Shown here: piece by piece, positions 49,336-59,400 of the stretch | Layout: every line of letters starts with the position of its first letter | How positions within the stretch are numbered: position 1 is the stretch's first letter | Source of the DNA: Arenicellales bacterium | Lineage (GTDB): Bacteria > Pseudomonadota > Gammaproteobacteria > Arenicellales > JAJDZL01 | Length of the DNA: 64,000 nt | Assembly (NCBI GenBank): GCA_963664525.1 | Contig: OY761535.1 | Location: 2,456,082 to 2,520,081 of the forward strand | Reading direction: 5' to 3' | Notes under the pieces: model-generated | Told to the model about the DNA's origin: nothing | The model's input: the letters and a program-made list of their open reading frames with translations, nothing else | Databases searched by the model: none | Program-made: the position numbers and the translations under genes

Positions 49336-50344
49336 CGTTAAACGAAAACTCAAATCTAAGCCTATCCGCTTGTTCATTGAAAACTGAACAGGCGGTTTTT
49401 TCATATATTTTTTGAAATTAATTTGGGAGCTGTCAGATGCATCCCGTGTTCCAGGCGTAGAAGAAGTAGAAAAACCAAAGAAGTAGAAGAAAAATGCTAG
49501 GGAGGGCAACTCCCGTGTTCACAGGTATGCGTGAGACCAATAGAGACTCCAGCTCGTTAACAGAAATTACAAATTCAACGACGAATTCTTTCGTCTTAGC
49601 GTATCAAGTTCGAAAGTTAATCATTCGCGCTGATCTGCGCCTCGAGCGGTAATTTAGCATGATTCGTGCTTACGAAGTGCGCGACCGTTCATCTGTTTAC
49701 CAGACTTCGCTCAGTCGTTCAAACAATCCCCATTCCCCTTTATTGTTCAGACCAGTGGGCACACTCTGCTCTGGCGAAATCGTCGTGAAACACTCGTATC
49801 CGACTACAACGTTCAACCGTCGTACGCGGCTCGACGTCAAGATGGGTGTGCATACCCATCACAACTGCCAACGGACGGATTGCATCGGTGATGCAGAAGT
49901 TGTTGAAGGATTCGACATCGGACCGAATGATGTCAACAGGACACTATCGTTGAAGACGCCTGGCGAAAATGCAATTGTCGCACCCGAAATGAAGGAGTTT
50001 CACATCCCGTTCCAATTTTGCTTATTCAGCAGCTTGGATCAGCCGTGTAACGAAAGCGAATACCCAGGGGTCGTCAAACACTGTTTTAGCGAATCAAAGA
50101 TTGGGCGCCGCCTGTATAGTCGCAATTCAACTCATCAAAAAACAGTGTTTTTGTGTTGGCATGGTGAGCGCAACGCCAAGCAATCCGATCGTTTTCAATC
50201 GCGAAATGCGAAGGCAAGTCGCGACAGCGTAACGCTCTCGCATTGAGACGGTCAATTTTACGGAAGTGAAGTAACAGGGAAGTACGGCGTAAGAATGACG
50301 AACGTGAAGAGTCAAATTTCTGCAATACAGTCGGTAGGGAAATT

Positions 50345-50355
50345 CCCCCCCCCCC
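50345..50355 (+). repeat. C11 homopolymer about 100 bp upstream of the adhesin start
   Basis: GGGAAATT-CCCCCCCCCCC-TATCCT; by eye the longest C/G run in the window. Confidence 0.8.
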
Positions 50356-50455
50356 TATCCTGCAATTCGAACCGAGGTCGAAGGATTCCGTGTCAGAGCA
50401 CAGAATCGGCTACGACCACACTAATAGAAACAAGAATACCAAGGAAGGTGTTCCC

Positions 50456-53400
50456 ATGTCCGCAACCGCAAATTCAAGAACTAGGCGTTCGATTGCTGCA
50501 GACATAATTGTTGGCGCGGTAAGTAGAACGGTACGTTGTCTCCTTAGATCACAAACTGTCAGAAAATCTCTGGCAATCCTCCTGTTTGTACCGGCTTTCT
50601 TCTCGCTTGCACTTCCAAATTTGGCTCTTGCGGCAGACCCACCTGTTCAGTTCGATAGAGGACCTCAAGCGCCGTTTGAAGGAAACCCTCTAGTCGTTAG
50701 AATTTCTCGAGTAGGCTCTACCTCAGAGAGGCTTGTTGTAAATTGGGAGACATTAGAGCCCCTGACGACAGGGGCAGTCGATTTCGCAACGCCAGTAGAT
50801 GATTTTGTCGCAAATAACGGTACATTAACTTTTGAACCGGGAGATCGCAGCAGTAAGGAGATTTCCATCGCTACAATAACAGACACCGCATATGAACCAC
50901 TGGAATTTATCAGAATACGCTTGCACGGTACACATCAGAGCGAAACGTTTGATTTCACCAATGTCAAGGGAACCGGTAGTCGCTTAAGTGATTATGGAGA
51001 CGCTTTTATACAGGAAAAAGATCCGCGCACCGTTGAAATCACGCCTAAGACATCCAGCGACAAACTTGAATTCAACGAAGGCAATCCCGGGTCGCTGACC
51101 GTTACATTAAATAATGAACTGCCCTATGATTTAAAAATCTCCTACTTTGCTGATGACGCACGTCACCGTTCGGCTACGCAAATGACAGGTGACGGTAATT
51201 CAAAAATGGCTGATTTCAATGTCGGCATAACCACAGATAAGAATAGCATTTTGATCGCAAAAGGTTTTACTACTGGATCGATCAATTTCTCCGGTCACAT
51301 CATTAATGATTCTGTCGCCGAGCCTGCGGAAAAGTTTGCAATGACATTCCAAACGGACCCGGTACTGCCTGCTGGCAGCCATTCCAGGTACAAAGCAGTT
51401 CAATTTCGTAGCGATGGAAATTACTCAGGTTCTCGTGCCTATAAAGGGTTTGAAGTAACAATCGTTGATGATGATACTTCCACTAAACCAGTTATATATC
51501 TGCACGGGAGTGACAGACTTCAAACATCTTTTTCACTCAATCTCAATCGCCGTGATGACACAAGTATTCCGAGCACCCAAGTTGAACTCAATGAAGGGCA
51601 AACTCACACGATAACAGCTACGCTGGCGGGTGGCACAGTTGGAAGCGCTGTCGACATCCCACTCAAATTTACTGGATATCCTTCCAGTGAAGCAACGGCA
51701 TCCGACTATACGATGTCAAAAACGATCACAATTCCAGCAAATCAGACATCCGGTAGCGCCGTATTGACCATTAATGATGATGACAAAGATGAGAGGCAAA
51801 AGGAATTATTAGCTATCGAGGTTAATGGTTCACATTCAAATTTTCCCAGTAGCGTCACCAAGGGAGACCGCAGCAGGTTTGAGGTCATCATGATCGACAA
51901 TGACCCTACCGATTTGGTGTTCAAGCCATTCAATAGATCGCCTGCAGAGATCTTCGAAAAACAAGACAGCCAGAATCGACAGTTAAATTTCAGTGTCGAA
52001 GTGTCGCGAGCGCCCTTCAGTGAGCCGGGAGGGACTAAACCGTTTACCTACGGTCAGCTTCGTGAAGGTAATATCCGCTTCGATTTGAATTTTGGCAACG
52101 CGGGGAAAGAAAGCAGACAAGCACGATCTGATGTCGATTTCGAAGCATCGCCAAAATTCAGAAACATCAGTTCGGGTGGTTTTCAAAATTTTTGCAGACC
52201 CGTCAGCGGTAAACCAACCTGCGCATTTACTCTTACCGCCAAAGACGACAACATATATGAGACAGACGAAAAAGTAAAAATTTCTTTGAGCCACAGCGGC
52301 GGCACTAATTTGAGGGTAAAGGGATCAAATGAACTGATTTTCACAGTCAAAGACGACGAATTACAGCCAAAATTTTCAATTAATGATGTAGCGGAAACAG
52401 AAGGAGGAAAACTGACGTTCGCGGTCACTCGGGCAGGTGCAGCGGGGAACAGGATTTCAGTCAAGGCAAGTACTGCGAACAGCACTGGGGACAACCTCGC
52501 AACGGTTGGAGATGACTATTCGAGTGCTTCGAGGGAGTTGACCTTTGCGCCGAACGTTACATCACAAAATTTCGAAGTTCAAACGAACCAAGACATCATT
52601 GATGAACCAAATGAAACGTTTCTAGTTAATCTAACTGAACCGAAGAGCAAAGACGGAAATCCTGCTCCAGCAGTTGATGACGGTAAAGCGACCGGCACGA
52701 TCAATGATGATGATGATGCGCCTGATGCTTTGACTATTTCAGTTGACACCGATACTGAAACTGATCCTGCAGAATCAGATATTAGCGAAGATGCAGGCGA
52801 AACAACAGTAAAGGTGACAGCAACGATCACAAGTGCAACCCGGTTTGCGACTGAAAAAAAAGTTAACGTCAAAATTGGAAATAGTGATGACTCGGCGGTT
52901 GAAGGTACCGATTACGGAACAGTAGCGGATATCGAAATTACGATTCCGGCGGGAGAAGCAAGTGGCTCCATGGATGTGATGCTGACTCCAACGAACGACG
53001 ATATTGATGAGCCAGACAAAACGATCTCTGTAGAAGGTACGCTGGCAGACGTAACAGTTACGCACGCTAAACTCAATCTGATTGATGATGAAGTCAAACC
53101 GACAGTGACATTGGAACTAGCTGCTGACAGCATTAGCGAGGCTGGCGGGACGACGACAGTGAAAGGGACGTTGAGCGGTAAATCAAGTGAGGCGGTGACG
53201 CTGACGCTTGCTGCCGTGGAAGAGGCGTATACGCTGTCTGGCACAGCGTTAACAATTCCAGCAGGAGAGAAGGAGAGTAGCCCAGTAACAATCACGGCGA
53301 CAAACAACCATGTAGATGCAGACAACAATGAGGTGTCTGTGTCGGCGATGGCGAGTGGCGGCAACGATGTGGAAGACCCAGACGACCAGACGCTGACAAT

Positions 53401-56400
53401 CACCGATGATGACGTGCGCGGGGTGACGGTATCGAAGGCTACAGTCTCGATAAAAGAAATTGATGATGCAGAGACGAACGACAAGGAGCATCAAGACACC
53501 TACACGGTGAAGCTGAACAGTGAACCGTCTAAAGGTACGGTGACAGTGAAGGTGGGCAGTAAACACCCCTTGGTAGCGACGGTGGACAAAGCAAGTCTGG
53601 AGTTTACGAAAGAAAATTGGAGCACAGCTCAAATGGTGACGATTACCGCCGTGGATGATGATGTTTACCATGCAGATGATCAGCGAACGACGAGTATTAC
53701 CCATACGATCATTGCCTCGGGCAATGACTATGCAGACAAGAATTTAGAAGTTGCTCCAGTGGCTGTGACGGTCACTGGCAATGAAACCAAGCCTGTGGCC
53801 ACTTTAGTGTTGAATCCTACGAGCATTGGTGAGAAAGGTGGTTCAACAACAGTGACTGCGACGCTGAGCGGCAAGTCGAGTGAGGCGGTGGTATTGAAGG
53901 TGTCTGCGGCAGCGGGAACCGGTGCGGTGGCTAGAGATTTTAGTTTGTCTGACGACACCGAGTTAAAGATCGCCGCGGGTGCGACAGCAAGCACTGGGAC
54001 GGTCACGATCACGGCAGTGGACAATTCGATCGATACAGATAACAAACCGGTGACGGTCTCGGCAACGGCAACAGGCGGCAACGGTGTCGCTGCCCCTGCC
54101 GACCAAACGCTGACACTCACCGATGATGATGTGCGCGGGGTGACGGTATCGAAGGCTACAGTCTCGATGAAAGAAATTGATGATGCAGAGACTGACGACA
54201 AGGAGCATCAGGACACCTACACGGTGAAGCTGAACAGTGAACCGACAGGCACGGTGACAGTCAATGTGGCCAGTGGTACCGCATCCGTGGCAACGGTGGA
54301 CAAGACAAGTCTTTCTTTTACCACTTCGAACTGGAGCACGCCACAGGTGGTGACGGTCACCGCTAAAGACGACATCATTGACAATACAGGCGATGAGCGC
54401 ACGACGAATATCACCCATACAGTTGTTGCCGGCACCAGTGACTATGGGGGTGTGACAGCGAGTCCTGTGGCAGTGACGGTCGAAGATGAAGATGTAGCGC
54501 CAAGTGCATTGGAGATCACGGTGGACGCGGATTCGAAGACCGGTGGCAATCAGACCGAGATCAGCGAAGGCAGTGATGCAACGACAGTGACGGTGACGGC
54601 GACGATCACCAGTGCGACGCGCTTTGCGATGGCGAAGATGGTGACGGTGACGGTGGGCAAGTCAGGCGATTCAGCGACAGAGGGGACCGATTACGGCAAT
54701 GTCGCAAATGTCAGCATCACGATCCTGAAAGGTGCGGTGAGTGGGTCGAAGGATATCACGTTGACGCCGACGAACGACACAATCGATGAGCCGGATGAGA
54801 CCATCAGTGTTGAGGGTACGTTGGCCGGGGTGACGGTTACGCATGCGCAGTTGACGTTGAAAGACGATGATGCGACGCCGACGGTGACGCTGGAGTTGGG
54901 CAGTGCCAGCATTGGTGAAAACGCCCAGACGACGACGGTGAAAGGGAAGTTGTCGGGTGCGTCGAGTCAGGCTGTGACCTTGGAGTTTTCAGCGCTGGCG
55001 AATGTATATACCTTGAGCGGGACCACGCTGACGATCGCTGCCGGCAGTGTTGAGAGCACCGGGACGTTGACCATCACGGCGGTGGACAATCAGGTGGATG
55101 CCGCTAATCGGGTTGTGTCGATATCGGCGACAGTGACCGGTGGCAATGGAGTGGAAGCACCGGCTTCGAAGACCTTGACGATCACCGATGATGATGTGCG
55201 CGGGGTGACGGTGACGGGGTCTCCCCTGACGGTTAACGAGGTGGACAATACAGGTACGACCGACGAGAACGAGCACCAAGCGACGTACACGGTAAAACTG
55301 AACACTGAGCCAACAGGTACGGTAACGGTCAATGTAGCAAGTGACGCTACATCGGTGGCAACGGTGAACAAGGCAAGTCTGGAGTTTACAACAGCGAACT
55401 GGAAAACGACTCAAACGGTGACCGTTACCGCTAAAGATGACGATCGCGACAATACAGGCAATAAGCGCACGACAAGCATTACACATACGATAAGTGCTAC
55501 GGGTACGGACTATGCTGATTCGAATTTAACAGTCGATTCTGTGGCTGTGACGGTCAACGACGACGAAGTCTTACCGGTGGTGAGTTTGAGTTTAGGTTCT
55601 TCGAGCATTGGTGAAAAGGGTGGTTCAACAACGGTGACAGCCACCATGGTCGGGAAATCAGACAAAAATGTGGTTTTAACGGTCTCAGCGGCGGCGGGCA
55701 CCGGTGCGGTGGCTGGCGACTTTACGTTGACAGGCACGACGTTGACGATTGCCGCGGGCTCTCAAGTCAGTACCGGCACGGTGACAATCGCTGCGGTGGA
55801 CAATGATGTGGACACGGCTAACAAGACGGTGACGGTTTCAGCAACGGCAAGTGGCGGCAATGGGGTAGCGGCTCCAGAAGACCAAACGCTAACGATCACC
55901 GATGATGATGTGCGCGGGGTGAACATTTCAGAAGATACCGTCACAGTTGACGAGGCGGACAATACAGGTACGACTGAAAAGAATGAGCACAAGGCCACTT
56001 ACTCGGTGGTGCTGGATAGTCAGCCAACAGGGACAGTGACAATCAATGTAGCAAGTAGCGCCACATCCGTGGCTACGGTGGACAAGGCAAATCTTTCTTT
56101 TACGACTTCGACCTGGAGCAAGCCACAAACAGTAACGATTACCGCCAAGGATGACGCAATCGATAATACAGGCGATAAGCGAACAACAAGCATTACCCAT
56201 ACAGTAAGTGCTTCCAGTACCGATTACAAAGACGAGACTGCCGCATCTGTATCAGTAACTGTTACAGACAATGATGGTTTGCCGGTGGTCAGTTTAGTGC
56301 TGACTTCTGCGAGCATTGGTGAGAAAGGCGGTTCAACAACCGTGACAGCCACCATGAACGGCACGTCAAGTCAGAATGTGGCTTTAACGGTCTCAGCGGC

Positions 56401-59400
56401 GGCGGGCACCGGTGCGGTAGCTGGCGACTTTACGTTGACTGGGTCCACATTGACGATTGCGGCGGGTACTCAAGTCAGCACCGGTACGGTGACGATCGCT
56501 GCGGTGGACAATGATGTGGACACGGCTAACAAGACGGTGACGGTTTCAGCAACAGCGAGTGGCGGCAATGGGGTAGCGGATCCAGGAGACCAGACGCTGA
56601 CGATCACCGATGATGATGAGCGTGGAGTGACGGTGACCGGGTCTCCACTGACAATTGTGGAAGTCGATGATTCGACATCGGATGACGATGAGGAGCACAA
56701 GGACACCTACACAGTGGTGTTGGACACTAAGCCAACCACTGGCACGGTTACTGTGAGCGTGGCCAGCAAACACCCGTTGGTAGCAACGGTGGACAAGTCA
56801 AGTCTTTCTTTTACGACTTCGAATTGGAACGAGGCACAAACAGTAACGATTACCGCCAAGGATGACGCAATCGACAATACAGGTAATAAGCGAACGACAA
56901 GCATCACCCATACGATCAGTGCCTCGGGCAATGACTATGCAGTTGAAGGACTAGAGGTTGATCCGGTGGCTGTGACGGTCAATGACAACGAAGGCACACC
57001 GGTGGTCAGTTTGGTGTTGACGCCTTCAAGCATTGATGAGGATGGCGGGTCAACGACGGTGACGGCCACCATGAGCGGTCAGTCGAGTGAGGAAGTGGTT
57101 CTGACAGTCTCAGCAGCGGCCAGCACCGGTGCGGTGGCCAATGATTTCGATTTATCCGACGATGTCACGTTAACGATCGCTGCGGGTGAGACAGCAAGCA
57201 CCGGGGCGGTCACCATCACGGCAAAGGAAAACTCGATCGATACGGCGAACAAATCGGTGACCGTCTCGGCAACGGCGACAGGCGGCAATGGAGTAGTGGC
57301 TCCAGGAGACCAGACGCTGACGCTCACCGATGATGATGTGCGCGGGGTGACGGTATCGAAGGCTACAGTCTCGATGAAGGAAATTGATGATGCAGAGACG
57401 ACGAACGACAAGGAGCATCAGGACACCTACACGGTGAAGCTGAACAGTGAACCGACAGGCACGGTGACGGTCAATGTGGTCAGTGGTGCCGCATCCGTGG
57501 CAACGGTGGACAAGCCAAGCCTTTCTTTTACAACTTCGAACTGGAGCACGCCACAGGTGGTGACGGTCACTGCGAAAGATGACATCATTGACAATACAGG
57601 CAACAAGCGCACGACGAATATCACCCATACAGTTGTTGCCGGCACCAGTGACTATGGGGGTGTGACAGCGAGTGCTGTGGCGGTGACGGTCGACGATGAA
57701 GATGTAGCGCCAAGTGCATTGGAGATCACGGTGGATACGGACTCGACGACCGATGGCAATCAGACCGAGATCAGCGAAGGCGGTAGTGCGGCGACAGTGA
57801 CGGTGACGGCGACGATCACCAGTGCGACGCGCTTTGCGACGAATAAGACGGTGACGGTGACGGTGGGCAAGGCAGGCGATTCAGCGACAGAGGGGACCGA
57901 TTACGGCAATGTCGCAAATGTCAGTATTACGATCCTGAAAGGTGCGGTGAGTGGGTCGAAGGATATCACGTTGACGCCGACGAACGACACAATCGATGAG
58001 CCGGATGAGACCATCAGTGTTGAGGGTACGTTAACCGGGGTGACGGTTACGCATGCGCAGTTGACGTTGAAAGACGATGATGCGACGCCGACGGTGACGC
58101 TGGAGTTGGGCAGTGCCAGCATTGGTGAAAACGCCCAGACGACGACGGTGAAAGGGAAGTTGTCGGGTGCGTCGAGTCAGGCTGTGACCTTGGAGTTTTC
58201 AGCGCTGGCGAATGTATATACCTTGAGCGGCACCACGCTGACGATCGCTGCCGGCAGTGTTGAGAGCACCGGGACGTTGACCATCACGGCGGTGGACAAT
58301 CAGGTGGATGCCGCTAATCGGGTTGTGTCGATATCGGCGACAGTGACCGGTGGCAATGGAGTGGAAGCACCGGCTTCGAAGACCTTGACGATCACCGATG
58401 ATGATGTGCGCGGGGTGACAGTTACTGGATCTCCGGTGACGATCGAAGAGGTGGACAAAGCAGGTACAGATCAAAAAGAGAACCAGGCCACCTACACAGT
58501 GAAACTGAACAGTCAGCCGTCTACAGGTACGGTGACGGTCAATGTGGCAAGTCGCGCCACATCCGTGGCAACGGTGAACAAGGAAAGTCTGGAGTTTACG
58601 AAAACGAATTGGAGAACGGCTCAAACGGTGACCGTTACCGCCATAGATGACAATATCGACAATACAGGTAATAAGCGTACGACAAATATTACCCATACGG
58701 TGAGTGCTTCGGGTACGGACTATGTAGACGAGACGGCTGGTTCTGTGGCAATCACGGTCAACGATGACGATGACGCGCCAAATTCAATGCGCATCACAGT
58801 TGACACTGACAGCAACTCATCAGGCAACCAAAATTCCATCCGTGAAAATGCATCAGCAACATCTGTCGAAGTCACTGTAACAATCACGGATTCGACCCGA
58901 TTTGCGATAGCGAAAACAGTCGATATATCAGTAGGAAAACCGGGTGATAGCGCGGTTGAAGGTACTGACTATTTTGCGGTATCGGATTTTTCCATGGAAG
59001 TTCCGGCTGAAAAAGTAAGTGCGAGCAAGAATTTTAATCTCAGGCCCAAGAATGATGTAGTTGATGAACCGCGTGAAGAAATTAGCGTTGAGGGGGAACT
59101 AACGGGTGTAACGGTAGCCCCGGCGAAAATCAGGTTGACTGACAACGACAGAAGACCAAAGGTTACATTGGAGTTGAGCAAAGCGAGAATCAACGAAAAA
59201 AACGGATCGGCAACGGTCAAGGCGACATTAAGTGGTGCATCGAGTGAGGATGTGACCTTGACGTTTGCTCCATTGGCGAATGTATATACCTTGAGCGGCA
59301 CCACGTTGACGATACCTGCGGGCAGTGTTGAGAGCACCGGGACGTTGGCTGTCACAGCAGTGGACAATAATGTGGATGCTCCGAACAACAAAGTTTCTCT

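Noticed and set aside
49659-50246. 195-aa + strand ORF upstream of the adhesin
   Set aside because: No RBS or recognisable domain and an atypical composition. The one reverse-strand frame I traced is interrupted by a stop. Not supported as a gene.
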